NCBI RefSeq assembly: GCF_018977255.1
Contig: NW_024704743.1
Span: forward strand, 61,258,001 to 61,322,000
Reading direction: 5' to 3'
From: Callorhinchus milii
Taxonomy: Eukaryota
Length of the DNA stretch: 64,000 nucleotides
The notes below the pieces were generated by a model. It made no database searches. It saw nothing but the letters and a program-made list of their open reading frames with translations, and was not told the origin of the DNA. Below, one piece after another: positions 46,726 to 60,869 of this stretch. Position numbers and translations under genes: made by a program. Position 1 is the first letter of the stretch. The number at the start of each line of letters is the position of its first letter.

Positions 46726-49700
46726 TAATTTTTCTTGAGGAATTCTCTTGTTGAGTCCTGTAAAATTCCTACATTCCTTCATAATAAAGCTCAACATTCA
46801 TCCCTAACCCATAAGTTGGTAATAATATTGAGCATACATAACTGTAAAATATCTTTTCAAATTCATCGTTGGTGACTGATGAATAAATAAATCCATGCTT
46901 CAGGACTAAAGTCTAAACTACTGTACTGTGAAAGAAGCAGCTTCAGAGTTCATTCCACCCTTGCAGAGGTTTAACAGTTTCTATAGTCAGCTGTGGTTTT
47001 AGCTGTAGTAATTTATTCCCTGCCATGTGAAATTAACAGACCCCTGCATTTCAGTGTACTTAATATTCTAAACCAATGCATTGTGCTACCTTGGATCCCA
47101 ACGCAAATCCATCCCACACAATCATGGTGTCCAGCTCCACAGAGGGGTGTTCTGGCCACCAATCCTCCTGGTCATTCATTTCCCAGTTGTTTGTCAGACA
47201 TAAATATAAAATAGCTTGTGGTAGATTTAAAATGGAGATTATGAAGAACTTCTTCATGCAGAGGGTGGAGAGAATGTGGAACTCACTGCTGAAAGCTGAA
47301 GCAAAAAGCACCTATGTAATTATGAGAAAACATGATGCAATTTGCTTCATTGAGATGCTCTCCTGCGTGAAGCGCACTATATAAATATAAATTAATAATA
47401 ATAATCCTTGCATTTGATATATCCTTATCAAGTTGTTGGGAAGTCTCAAAGTGTTTCACAAGATACACATTAAAATACTGTGACAGTGTGTATTTGTGGG
47501 CAAACCTGGTAGCCAATTTCCATACTGTAATGTCCCATAACCAGGTGAAAGGAATAGAGGGCTGTTTGCTCCACGTAGTGTATAAACATGGTAATGGACT
47601 TGGACTGAATGGCTAGTGTCTGTGCCATATGAATCTATGTAATTCTATGTAATTTTTGCTGGAGCAAAAAGTGTCAATTGCTTACAATAACAACAACTTG
47701 CATTTATACAGCACCTTTCATGCGGGGTAGCGTCCCAGCACTTTACAGTGGCACATCTGACACCGAGACAGGGGGAGAGGGAGGAGGGGAGGTCATATTA
47801 AGCATGATCAAAAAGGAAGGTCTTTGGGATTTGAAAGTGGGGGCAAGGCGGAGGTATTGAGGGAGAGAGTTCCAGAGTTTCACTAATTATACCTGACTGG
47901 AATTATTTGAGAAGTACTTCATGCTATTTCAACATGGTAAGACAGTATAAAAATGTCAGTTCTTGCTTTGCATTTTTGCTACATAGACCATAATCATATT
48001 TGATATTTTGTCTTGATCATCATAAATAGTAGTAATCTCCCGTAAACAAACCTGGATCAAATAATGGCTTCAAAATCAATCTGTAAACCCATTTTAACAG
48101 TAGAGTTTTTTAAGGTAAGTAATCGGCAATTGTGTTTTTTTCCATCTATCCATAAGGGAGCACTAACGTGCATATACTATATGTGACTAAAAACAGTATA
48201 CATTCTCAAAGTGACGAATCAATGCAGAAAGTACCTGCTGCCTCCTCATCTTCGGCTTCCCATTAACACTATCATTGTAAGGTCATTTAATTGTCAAATA
48301 ATGTACCTTGTAAAATTGTGCTCGTAGAAATGTCTGAACAAAGTGACCATTGTTGCTGAGGGAATTCTCATTTTCACTCCCCCATCTTCCCCACTTCTTA
48401 AAAAAAGCTGACTGTACGTATTTGCTGTGGTGCCCACACTGTCAGTGGACTGTAAAAATAAAAAAAGAGAATCAGACAAACTAGCTGTTGAGGTAGGACA
48501 AAGGTCAAGATGCCTCCAATTTGGAACTCTCGGTGTAAAAATAAAATGACAGCGCTCTGCAAGTTAGCTGCTGAATCCTCAATTCACCTAGATGGAATTA
48601 AAGCTGCATATTAAAATATGCTAGCGCTGCCAGCAATTACTACTGTCTCACACACTAACCACCTTAACAGAAGCCTACTCAGAATGATCATGTGGTAATT
48701 ACAGGACTAGCAGGTACAACAATAATACAGGTCAACAGTGCTGATGAGCGCACCTTCACTAACATGGCATCCAGCTGCTGTGGCTTCTTTACAGCAACTG
48801 TTTAAGCCCTGCAAAAAATATTTTTGGGTTTCTCCTTTTGAACACTGCACATCTCAATATCACCTCTTCAAGGTAGGACGACTATGACCAAACCAATCTT
48901 AATCATGCACATGCAGCTCTGCAACTGAACTGGAGCTGAACTGTTGTAAATACGGGATGACTATTTATAAATGAATATAAATTGAAAACCTAGTGGTTAT
49001 TTCCACCTATTGCATATAAAACATTACAATCACACCATAGGGAATGAAGCTGTGATGCTTCATAATGCACTCGATATAGTAACAAAACCAATTGTTCTGA
49101 AGTTGAGGAGAGGGGTGTTTTCAAATATTTTAAACACCACCTTGGATTTCTAGCAGGTGGTGTGTCTAGTAATGGAATATTGGATTGCGCTGACCCTTTC
49201 TAGCAGTCTTGGTAGTACAGTTCCTGAACCTGATGGATTCACAGTATTCCAAGGCACTATTGTTGATCGACCATTAACTGTGGCTTATTTTTAGGAGGGA
49301 AGACAAGTCACTGGGAATTCTACCCATTCAGCTGCTGTTAACCCTGAAAGCCAAAGCCCTAATGCATAAGGTGGTTCTAACTGGGCAAACAGTGGAAGTT
49401 TGCCAGACAGTGCTCTTAATGGCAAGCTTTGGGGTTCCAGCTGGTTAAACTCCATACCATATGTGAAATGTGCTCTGTGTTAATAGACTTGTTAACAGAG
49501 CCTCTACTTCCATTTGAACTATCAGAATTGTGTCTTTATAAGAACATCCTTACATTTTATATAGCACCTCTCACACTGTTGAGACTTCTTAAAGCACTTC
49601 ACAAGACTTTACTATGAAATATAGTTACTGTATATTTGTGGGCAAATATGGCAGCTAAATAAGGCACAGCAATGTCTCACAAACAGCCAATGAACCGAAT

Positions 49701-51109
49701 GACCCGGTTTATCTGGGGAATTGTCAGGCATGAACACTGGAAGAACCTTTTTATTCTCAGTGCAGAATTTCTGTTAGATTCCTGGTCATAGCCTAGCAGT
49801 GATATCCAATAGCACAGGGAACCTCCAGGCTGTATTTCCCTGAGATAAGGCTCATAAATGTTCTATCTTGTACAAGCTGATGTTTCATAGAGCAGAAGAT
49901 AAAATTGAATTCAGACATTAGTGAAAGCAAAACACAGTAAACATCTGCCCCTTGCTGTTTACCCTCTTCCAGTAGGAAGAAACGATGGAAATATGTGTTC
50001 CACAGAGTAACATACAGGAATACTCATGAGCCTGCTACTCTACTGCGCTTAATATAGGTTTACTAAAACCTCAAAGGAACAGAGGTAAGCCACTTGCATA
50101 CATATTTCATGTCAAAAGCTACTATTGTTGTCAAGATGAAGACAACTTGTGTGTTGACCTTTGCAAATGACTAAATGATGCAGAAATCCAGAAACAGATG
50201 GGATTATTATGTGACTTGAAACAACACATATGACTGAAAACTGTTGGCTTATGGTTCACCTCAGCTTCACTGCAATGGCCTGAGCCAATTTGGAACCAAA
50301 ACTCCTTCTTCATATTTTTGATTGAAGAGCACATCTGTGGATCAATTATTTAACCTTTGGTAAATGTACAGACCTTGTGTGAGATTATGATGGGGAAAAA
50401 TCCCATTAAACCACGAAAATTAATGAATTTATGGACGATCAGTGATTCGGCCCATAAATAGCTTTACACAATGTAGCAACACTTTTTGATAGATAAGTTC
50501 ATCCAATAAGAATATCCCAATTCCATCATCACATTGCATTTCCTGGAAAATGAAACTCCTTAAACAGTACAATTAAGAGTATTTATAGAAGCCCCTAGGA
50601 TTTGTAGAATTGATAATTTTGCATAACTTCATTCTCTACCACTTCATTCTCTGACTTTAATGTAGATATTTGCAAGTTAATGTACATTGGAACAAGAGAC
50701 AACAGCAACATGATGAAAGTTTGTGTAGCAGCAAAAAAGATTGGATCAAGTGTGATATTGATCATTCACTGAAAGTGTCCAGTCAATGTGAAGTTGTTAT
50801 TAACAGTTAATTAAATGCTAGATTACATCTCAAGAGCATGTAACTATAAATCTAAAGAAGCTAGCTTAACCTAGTTTATGGATGTTAGAAGTTTGCACAG
50901 TTCTGTCTGTCACTCATTTCTGCATCCAGTCTTACTACATCAATTGCAATGTTTAAAAGGGAAATACGTTTTCAAGGGCAAGAATATTAAGGAATATGGT
51001 AGCGAAATGGGATTAAAATATCTTCCACAATCAAAAATCAAGAGGATGAAGAGGCTCAATGGCTTGAATAACCACCTCCTGTTTCTGTTTATGAGGCTCA
51101 ATTTAGATA

Positions 51110-51400
51110 ATTCTCAGAATCACAAAGATGTGGGTTCAAGTTCCATGTAAGAACTTTGAGCTCATAGTTCAGCTGAGACTCCAACGCAATGCTGGGGGTG
51201 CACTGTGTTGTTGGAGGTACCAGCCTTCAGTTGAGACATTAAACTGAGGTCTGTCTTTGCGTTCAGGTTGAAAATAAAGATCCCGTGGCATTATTCAAAA
51301 AGACAAGGATAAAATTGGTCATTCACTCCATGGCTGTTTGTGGACATGCTGTATACAAATTGGCTGCAATGTAAGCCTGCAAATACACAATCACGACAGT
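51110..51400 (+). mobile_element. Degenerate Deu-domain SINE
   Basis: GTGGGTTCAAG B box; TTGGAGGTACCAGCCTTCAGTTGAGACATTAAACTGAGG; AAGATCCCGTGGCA. Confidence 0.7.
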
Positions 51401-51616
51401 ACATAGCAACCTTATGGAACAATTCTTTCACATTTCAGGCTGTCAGAGGTGAACTGAGATCAAATCTTAAATTACAGGATTTGTTTCAATTTCCCACTCT
51501 CCGAAACAATACACTTTCTGAAACAATTGAAAATTGTTGAACATTGATTTATCCTTGATATCATTTCAATGCACATTTCATCATTAATATCTGGAGAACT
51601 CAGTGTGTTAGTCGAT

Positions 51617-51873
51617 GGCCTGAAACATAGGCAATTTGTCAGTCGATGGCTTTAAACGCCTGTAAGAAGATTTTATCTTGAAATTTAAGATCATGCAGAA
51701 TTGTGGAAAAAGTCTGAAATTAAGTCTTAATTTGGAAGCTGGGTTTCTGCAGATCTTACCATGAACCAAATTTTAAATTAAAACTGAATTTGAGAATTTT
51801 CTACAGCTCTGCTTCGGCTTAAATTTTAAGATAAAGTGGTTTTCTAGGCTGAGACTAATTGTAACTTCAGGCC
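51617..51873. mobile_element. Fold-back MITE-like element
   Basis: Terminal GGCCTGAA/TTCAGGCC and long imperfect inverted arms 51658-51710 vs 51797-51849. Confidence 0.6.
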
Positions 51874-53269
51874 TTGAGTGTTCAAATATTCACCTAATAA
51901 CATCTCCAGTGTAGCAACAAGTAACATCAACAACAAATTGTATTTATATAGCACTCCTCACCCATGGTCCATCACACAGTGTCACAGATTGCTTAAGAAT
52001 TAGTGTTAATAGATTAACGTGTAACACCTGATTGTTTTTTGCTATTGTGTCTTGAGAATCCTACACTCTAACACAGATTATTAAAGTATCAAAACACAGA
52101 TGAACTCAAAAGAGCCACCATACTTGTCCATTTTGCACTTACATTGTTGTACAACAACAATGTACATCTCATTTTGTTTATGTTTCTGGTGCAAATTAGC
52201 TGCCACATTTGCCTATTACACTTCTCCAATCAATTTTATTTTATAAACTGTTTTAATCGGATTATTTTACATGAAAGGCACTTGATGAACACAAATTATT
52301 ATGATTATTTCTTATAATTATTATTACCAAACAAAGCCCTTCTGGTCACTGTGACATAAGGGATCACCCAAACTCTGCAGACAGTGCAGAGAGGAGAGCA
52401 AGAAGATTGAGTGTTAAAGGTATAAGAGCAATTAGATAAGCCAGAAAGGTGATGTCTCAAAGTGGAGCAGTCCATAAAATGCTCAAATAGGATAGAAGAA
52501 ATAAACTATACTTTATGCAACGTATTCGCCTACAATGAACATTCATTACACTTAACAGTAAATATTGTAAAGTGCTTTGAGAAGTTTTGACAATATGATG
52601 ATAATAATAATAATCCTTACACTTGATATAGCGCCTTATCACATCTTTGAGACATCTATAAGCGCTTTACAGAATATACTGTAAAGTGAATTCACTGTAT
52701 ATTTTGTTGGCGAAACTGATTATGCATTATATCAAATGCAATTATTAAAGATCATTGTTCATTTTATGTTTAAAGGAAATGATCTTACAGCTGCCATTTG
52801 GTTGGAATTTGGGGTCTCATATTGTAATAATATTGAAAAACTGTAGGGTTGATATCTGTAAGGGTGAAATCGAATGAGGTGAAAAAACGTCTTCATCCAA
52901 ACCCATCTTGTGACATAATTGCCTTCGAATCACCCCATGAGAGCCTGTCAGTGTAAATAGAGAGTTCTTTATTCGAGCCAGAAAGTGATTTTCAAAAACT
53001 TGAAACTACCAGAAAATGCTTCAAACAAAAGCCAAAACTTGTATCAAGTGGTTCTGACTCATGGAGTAATAATTGACTTGCGCTGGGAATCAAAGATTGA
53101 AGAAGGAGCCTGGAGGGTCTGGCTGTTCAGATTGACCTGTTCCTACCTTCCCTCGGGTCCCTGCAAATTTCCCTCAAAAGCTTGCTGGTACAGCAGTAAA
53201 ACATTAATACAATCTCTCATGCTGTGTGACAATTTCCGATATAGCACAATGATGGTTGCACACAGCATT

Positions 53270-53430
53270 CATAGAAACAGGAGTAGGCTATTCAGCCCCT
53301 CAAGCCTGTTCTGCCATTTCATAAGATCATGGCAGGTCTGTACCTCAACTCCAGTTACCCACCCTTGCCCCAAATCCTTTAATATCCTGACCTAACAAAT
53401 ATCTACCTACATCCGTCTTGAAAATGTGAA
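53270..53430 (-). mobile_element. CR1 3' end
   Basis: CATAGAAACAGGAGTAGGCTATTCAGCCC... is the reverse complement of the 40740-40897 type terminus. Confidence 0.8.
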
Positions 53431-53724
53431 TGGATCCAGCAAAATGTCAAAGGACCTGTCCAAACTATATATTCAGTTGTTTCCTAGAAATATACCCTAC
53501 CCTGTCTAAGTCAAATGTAAATATCAGAATATGTGGGCATTTGTTAAAATAATCTGACAATTAAACATGAGAAATTACTGTAATACAGCCACATTCTTTC
53601 CGTGAGTTATATAACTTAATTCCAATGTTGTAAATTGTGAGCCATTGATTTTCAAACAAGGACATCTTACCAGGGAAATACAGTCAGTGTAAAGACCATA
53701 GCTCAGTTGGCGTATACAAAAAGA

Positions 53725-54345
53725 ACAATAAACTGCATTCAAATAGCATCCTTCAGGTCGGCAGGACAGACCAGATGCTGGACAGTGAATCTGGGGGCTG
53801 TATTTGGAGGGGTGAGAGCCAAGGGGAGCCGATAGTGGGGAGGAAGGTCTTCAGACAGGAGGCGAGGAAAGGGGTAAGGCAAAGGGACTACGTGATGGAG
53901 TTCCAGAGGGTGGGAGCAGATAGGTTGAAAGCCTGACTGCTGATGGTGGGCAGGCAGGCAGGGGACACGAAGCAGGCCAGTGCCTACCAAGCGGAGGAAG
54001 CAGACAGGGTTTAAGAAGGTCGCAGAGGTTGAGTGCAGCCAGACCGTGGAAAGATTTACAAATGAGGACAAAAATATTGAATTCAATCCTCTGGGGGACT
54101 GGGAGCCAGGGAAGCTGGGCAAGAATGAGAATGACAGGCTCACAGAGCCTAGCCCGGGAGAGAACACGATCTGCAGAGTTCTGGATGGTCTGGTGAGAGT
54201 TGTGAAGAGGGAAGAATTGGGAAGGCTGGTGAGCAGAAAGTTAACATAGGTTAGTCTGGATGTGATGGAAGCATGGATAAGTGTCTCAGTGGCCTAAGAG
54301 AAGAAGTAGTGGCAGAGGGGAGCACTGTTTTGGAGGTGGGGGAAG
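53725..54345 (-). mobile_element. Old L2 3' fragment
   Basis: GGAGTTCCAGAGGG, TGAATTCAATCCTCTGGGGGACTGGGAGCCAG (WLPVPQRIEF on the minus strand), GCAGAGTTCTGGATG. Confidence 0.8.
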
Positions 54346-57300
54346 CTGAAGCACAGTTTAGTCCATTAGCTTCAGAGTGCATGTCTGCCATGTTCTCTTC
54401 AACATAGCATGAATTATTGAAAGAGTATTGAGGATATTTAAGGTTGGTTTAGCTCCTGAAACAGCCTACCCTGAAACTCTGAAACCAATAGATGGCCAAA
54501 GGACCTGTCCAAACCATATAATCCTGGCTTGAATTTTTGTAATACCTCATTCATGTTTTGACATCAGTGTCCAAAATTCTACCTAGTCTTAGCCTACAGT
54601 ATAATTTTGTTCAAAAATTTACGATTGTGTGGATTTAGTGAACAATTCTTAAATTTTTCCTTAATTTAGACAGCTTTCCTCAGTTCTGAAAAAGAACCGG
54701 CTTCCAAGTTAAAACTCAATTTAAGAATTTCTAACCCGCACAAAATGGGGAATTCAACTCCGTAGATTTAAATTAGACAAAATGCAGAGGTTGTAAGACT
54801 GCTGCAGTGTATCAATGGTGCATTTGTTTTACGTCAGCTACAGAAAATTTCCTGTAGTCATTACGTTAGTGATCAGCATGGTGAAACGCAGTGGGGATGT
54901 GGAGCCACCTGCTCAGTGGGAGCAGCACGGACTGTCTCAGACAGAATGTTATTGGATCAGACGGAACTGCAGTGCCACAATTCATAGAAACTCGTAAAAG
55001 GTTTGGAGAATTTGATAGCAACTGCGAGAACCCAAGGGCTTGCAAGGGCTCAGAGCAAAGCTTCCTCGCAGCATGCTTGGGATGTCACTCTGTTGCTGGC
55101 GTAACGTGCACTGCTTCTCATTCATCCACTAAGAAATACAGCAATGTTATGTCTAACCAGTTTCTTGCTCTTACTGCCCTCCCAGGAGGCTTGAATTCAG
55201 TATTTAAAAAGACATCACCATCTGTTGGAAGCAACTCATAACAAAAAACTTGTAACTGAATTTGTAAACCAAACAATATGCCACAGCATCACCTGTGACT
55301 ATGTTAGTCAAAATGTTGCATTTCACAGAACCACAGAAATGTATTGTTATAATAATAATATTCTTACATTTTATATCGTGTCTTTCATATCTGGAGGACA
55401 TCGCAAAGCACTTCGCAGAACACACTGTAAATCCTCTAAGAAAAAGTATGTAAAAAATACAAATAGATAGTGCGAAAATGTGGTATCACACATTCATCAA
55501 AACCTCAACGAAAGACTAAAACATGAGAAGTAAAAGCCACAGCTGCATCAATTCATCGTCTTAAAAATAAAGCAACCAAGATTCAAAGTTACAGATTAGC
55601 TAAGCAAATGGCTCAAGTAAGTTGCTATTCCACTGACCTACAGCTGAATGCCCAGATCTGTGGGACAGATGTTGAATGCTTTGCAGATGCTGGCATTGAG
55701 AATTGTATCAGGGTGGAGAGCAGGGAATCCACCGATGATAATAATAATATAATGGATGCCTGAAAGTATATCACAGGATATACTGTAAAGTCACGTGATT
55801 GTGTGTTTTGTGGCCGAACACATATACATCTGGACATTTACAATTGATACAATACAAATGTCTAAATTTAAAATGAAAATTAGACAAGATTTAAATCATT
55901 ATCATTCTTCTTAAAGACAATTATTTAAAAGTGCAACCTTTTATCATACGGGATTGCTGGGCTGGGAGCATGCGTGTCCTTTGTATTTTGGGCTCTGCAC
56001 GGACATCAGTTGGTGTAACAGCAGTCAGTCAGCCTCAGGGTCAGGTGGTCAAAATCAATTCATTATCAGAACTCACCTCCTCAATTTAGAAGTAAATTGA
56101 ATCAGGAAGCAATAGGTGGCACCTTCTGTGAGCAACATAAACTCCAGAAGCCAACACGTATTAGAGACAGAGAAAGGGTGGAGAGAGGATAATGACATTG
56201 AAATCATACTTCAATGCAACAGAGGCAAACTGATATTTGCTAAATATTCTTGTGAATGTGAATTGAACGCACACAACACTTGTTAATTCCGAGAACTGAG
56301 ACGTCATCTCATTTGTCAAAAAGTAAACAAATAAGCATAATGGGAACTGCAGGGAAAGAATACATTCATCGCTATGACCTTGTCGTGAGTATGGAGTTTT
56401 ACAGATGGGAAGAAATTTATCTTCAGCTGTTTTTGTGAATCTGCTTATTATTCTGAAGAGAAGCTCAACATTATGTGTATTGTAATAAGTAAGATGCTGC
56501 ACCAAAGATTATGCCATTTCTTATTTTGTTATTTTATTTCCTTACAATTGTATTTTACTGCATAGTGTGATTTATAATAACAGGAATTTGATGAACAAAC
56601 TGGGGAGAAATTCCACCTGGGTCAGATTTACTTTAGTCGTGTAGCATTTTGAAACATTCTTATTTTGGTTGGCTGGGTATCTGACCTTAGGATAGTGAGT
56701 TCCACATATACATGTCACCTGCACATAGAAATTTCCCTATGTCTGAAATGGAATTTGCACTCTCCCTCTCAGGACACACCCTGCGAGGCAAATTGGTAAC
56801 AATGGGCACAAACCATTTCTCTGAACAAAGAATCCAAGCTTAGAATAATAAATTGATTTAGAAATAATTTAAATCAGTAAGACAGCAAATTACACTCCAA
56901 AGTTGAATTACATTTAGAAAATCAGCAAATGTAACACATTCTTTAATACAGTGTTACCTTTCACCCACAAAATATAGAGTTAATCCACTTTTTCAATGCT
57001 GTGAAGCTTTGAGACGTCCTAATGATGTGTTAAGGCTCTATATCAAATGCAAGGATTATTATTATTACCTTCAAAGCATCAAATGGAAACACAATATTGT
57101 GCTACAAATTGGACTAAATGGATGGTTTAAATTAACACACAGGGGGACCAATTTGTGAAAAATGCAAATATCAACATGCAAATATTCACAAACCACTTTT
57201 GACGGTGTTGCACATATTAAATGGTGACTATTTTAGGCATTTGCAAGTGTCTAATTGTGATTTCCAAATGCCAGCAAAATGGGAAGGCTGAAGAGCAAAA

Positions 57301-58424
57301 TGCCATCTGTCTCCATCGCTTTCGGCCTCTTGTCACACTGGGCCAGCTTCAGAAAGTGCAATGGACTGTTTTGCGAAGATTACAAAAAAAAATCCTTACT
57401 TCTGATATAAGGTCAATAATGTCAAATCATTTCAAAGAGCTTCAGGGGTAATTTCTGTAAAGTGAAATGACTGTATTTTGTAGTCGTGTTCGACAACCAA
57501 TTTGTCCCACAAATAGTCATGAAACGAATAGCCAATTATATCAGGGTAATTGTTTGGAGATGGGATGCTTTTCAGTATTCACCCCCGGAAGTTACAATTT
57601 GCGCATCAAATCCGGTTTGCAAATATCACCCATTACACCCCATTTAAATAGCAACAATGAAAGAATTTTGTTTCCATCAGAATTTATTGGTGCAGGACAA
57701 CTGATCCATGACAAATTTTGGGTTTCATGTTCTGTTCACTGACAAAAATCACCACTGAACGCAGGTATTGCAAGTGACGCTGGAGGCAGATCAGTCACAC
57801 GCACCAGGGGGAATGCACTGGGAGAAGTGAAGCTCAAATGAAATGCCTGTTTCAAAGATGAGAACTTTTTCCTCTTCCACTGCTCTATTTCTGTCAGTAA
57901 TCTGATTTAAAATTCATTTAAATAAAGAATGGAAGGAAGAATAGAACCTGACAAAATATCCCGGGGCTAATCTGTCAGCCCCTGAAATGTTGAAAGTAAA
58001 TTTGCCAGTGAACTGAAATGGCAGCTCCAGTTAACCCATTCAAAACGCTTCTGGGAAACTTCTTCTTACTGATTTGGAGGCAGACTATAGCAGTGAAAAA
58101 CAGGATGGATTCTACTTCTAGATGTGTGTGTGATCAGAATTAACCTTTATGTCAGTGAGGTTAATTACTATCCAGATGGTGACAGGAAGCTAACCAGTCA
58201 TTTCTTCCAGGAGTAGTTGCTCCTTGTCTAATGACAAAGCGTTTGGCACTGGAATGTGTATCTGAAGAGAATGCAGATGTGTTGGGTACCAGATTCAGTA
58301 TTTACAAATTATGAGCCATTGCTGAGAGCCTCAGGTATTCCACATGGGAATGCACTGACATGGTGCAGCATGAGACGTGAGATTACTCCACCCAGTGAGT
58401 TCCCAATCCAAGTCGGTCATACAG

Positions 58425-58775
58425 TAACAACAACAAGTTACATTTGTTTAGCGCCTTTCACATCAGGAGGATGTTCTAAGGTGCTGGACAGTCAGGGATT
58501 TGGACCCGAGCTGGCGGGGTGTGGGGGGAGATCAGAATGGGTGCAGGGCAGGGAGAGTAGGGGTGGGAGGGTGACCAAACGCAAGATAGAAGAGGAGGGT
58601 CTTGAGATGGACCTTGAAGGAAGCAAGGCAGTGAGTGAGGTGAAGGGGACTGTGGGACAGAGTTCCAAAGCGTTGGGCAGAGTGGCTGAATGCCTGACCG
58701 TTGATGATGGAATGGACCGGGCGCGGGACATGGAGCAGGCCAGAGCTGCGCGGAGGGATCGGACGGGTCTTTAAA
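58425..58775 (-). mobile_element. L2 3' end
   Basis: (CAA)n tail, GCGCCTTTCACATCAGGAGG; SGLLHVPR and SFKVHLKTLLF on the minus strand. Confidence 0.85.
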
Positions 58776-59678
58776 AGGTTCGCCACCATTGGTTGATACT
58801 GGTATGTAACCAATGCAATTCAACAAGTATAGATAACAAGCCATTGGGGTCAAATAAGTATTGCTCAGAGTTGTTAACAGGTGAAGCGCTGGGTGAAGAT
58901 CGCAGGGTTTCTGTCAGTCCGTGGCTGAATGCTGGTTATCAGCAGGATTCCCTGTCAGTGACCCTGAGCCACTATCAGTACATCCTGATGTGAAACCGAC
59001 AATTTCTGACTCCATTGAATAAGTAAAATAAAATGTTTTAAAATATTATTGACTAATTCATACGTGCAAATTATTTGCTGATGTGGTCTTATGGCAATTC
59101 TGAGCAGAATCGGCACAAATCCACAGAATAGAATTCTAGATAGTATAACATAGGAGGGCATTCAGGCCATCGAGCCTGTGTTGGCGCCAGGTCATGCAAC
59201 AGAACTAATCTTAAGCCCTGCTCACACTCGTACCATTTTATATTGTTAATCTTCAAATGCTTATCCAACTCCTTTTGAAATGAGCCTACAAAATACACAG
59301 TACCTACACTTCACAGCAAAACCTACAAAGCGCTTTGGGACATCCTCCTGGCACGAAAGGAGCTATACCAAATGCAAGGATCATTTTGATTATTGCTTTA
59401 TTGTGCAATGAGCAAGTAGCATAAGCCCCTGTGTCTTTAAGATGAATGAACCACTGGTCAAATTGAGCATATTTTAATAGGTTTGAGGGGGTTTCTTGGT
59501 GTATCGTATGATTGTGATATAATTCTCCTTCAGTCCTCCTGAAACATCTCCCGGGATCTGCTTACACCGTCAACTCACAATGTACTGCACACTTTCCTCT
59601 CTTTGACAACATGGGGTGAGATAGGGAGATGAGCGCATTATTGATCTCTGCCAGCTCCCAGCAGGCCTTACTACAGTC

Positions 59679-60045
59679 TGGAGTCCTGTAGTTCAGTAGT
59701 TAGAGCATTCACCTCGCAAGCGAGAGACCTGGGTTCGATTCCCAATAGGCGGATTGTTGGGCAAGTTTCCTTACTCCACACGCCTCTGTTTACCTACCAG
59801 TAAGTAGGAACCCGGTTGTTAGTCAATTGTTGGATCGCTTTTCCGGGGTAATAATTCCTTCAAAAAATAATAATTTGGTGACTCAATTCATGACTGTTTG
59901 TGGGACACTGCTATGGGCAATTGACTGCCGCATTTCGACCACAAAATATACAGTGAATTCATTTTATAGTATATTCTGTGAAGGGCTTTAAGACGTCTTG
60001 AAGACGTGATAAGGTGCTATATCAAATGCAAGGATTATTATTATT
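59679..60045 (+). mobile_element. Full-length tRNA-derived SINE
   Basis: TAGTTCAGTAGTTAGAGC A box, GGTTCGATTCC B box, (ATT)n tail; imperfect TSD TTACTACAGTC/TTATTGCAGTC. Confidence 0.92.
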
Positions 60046-60869
60046 GCAGTCAATGGGGTCAGCTGTTCTGTGAGATCAGTGTTAAATTTCACAGGCACAG
60101 AATATTCACAGAAAGCCAGAGAGATGCTTCTGTTTGTTCATTTTGACCCTCAGAAGCACTTTGCAGATTACAAATGAGGTGGTCAAAAGCCTGAGACCTT
60201 CCTATTCCCCTCCATTCCTCCCTACCTCCAAATACTTAAATAACTCAGTGTAATGAGCACTGAAAATGACTCAATCTACCCGGACTTGCCACCTGGCTAC
60301 AATTCACTTCAAGCTTAAAATTCCACCTAGTCTTAGCCTGTAAGGCCATTTTGTTTTAAAATTTAAGGCAAGAAATTGTGGAAAGTATGCACAGAATTGC
60401 GAATAATTTTTAAATTTTGCGCAGATCTTAAACAGAATCGGTTATTATCTAGTGTAGAATACAATACAAATTTGCATTTCTATAATGCTTTTCACAAGAC
60501 ATCCCAAACGCATGCTTTGATCGAATAAACTGGATGAACAGGTTCGATGGACTGTATGACCTCTTCTTTTCCCATGTTCCTACACTACAATGTCCTTGGG
60601 TAATATCATCCTGAACTAGCAGCAATGTCATTGAACTCCTAGTAATCCAAGAGTCATCTCTAGAAACACAAGTGCACTCCATTAAATAACATGCCATTCA
60701 TTATTTATTCGTCTTGAGTTAATCTTGAACAGCATGAGCATCATTCAACATGGCACTATCTAAGCAGCAAAGTTCAATGAAGATTAGAGTTTGAAGGAAA
60801 GTGAATGAATCACCTGTGACAGAACATCACTAGCGCAGTGCTTAAACATGGATTTAGTAAAACTCTTTG

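Noticed and set aside
50283..50335. SIKNMKKE as the GABBR2 IFKNVKMKKK exon
   Set aside because: The surrounding sequence lacks FGAMFAKTWRVH, and exon order requires exon 13 first.
56071..56130. Strong donor GAG|gtgagt as the end of exon 13
   Set aside because: Upstream sequence contains stops and has no similarity to WQxVDPLxRT.
59679..59752. tRNA genes (also ~3735-3806, 17270-17340, 34889-34965)
   Set aside because: The tRNA-like heads run directly into a shared SINE body and (ATT)n tail and show many mismatches, so they are SINE promoters.
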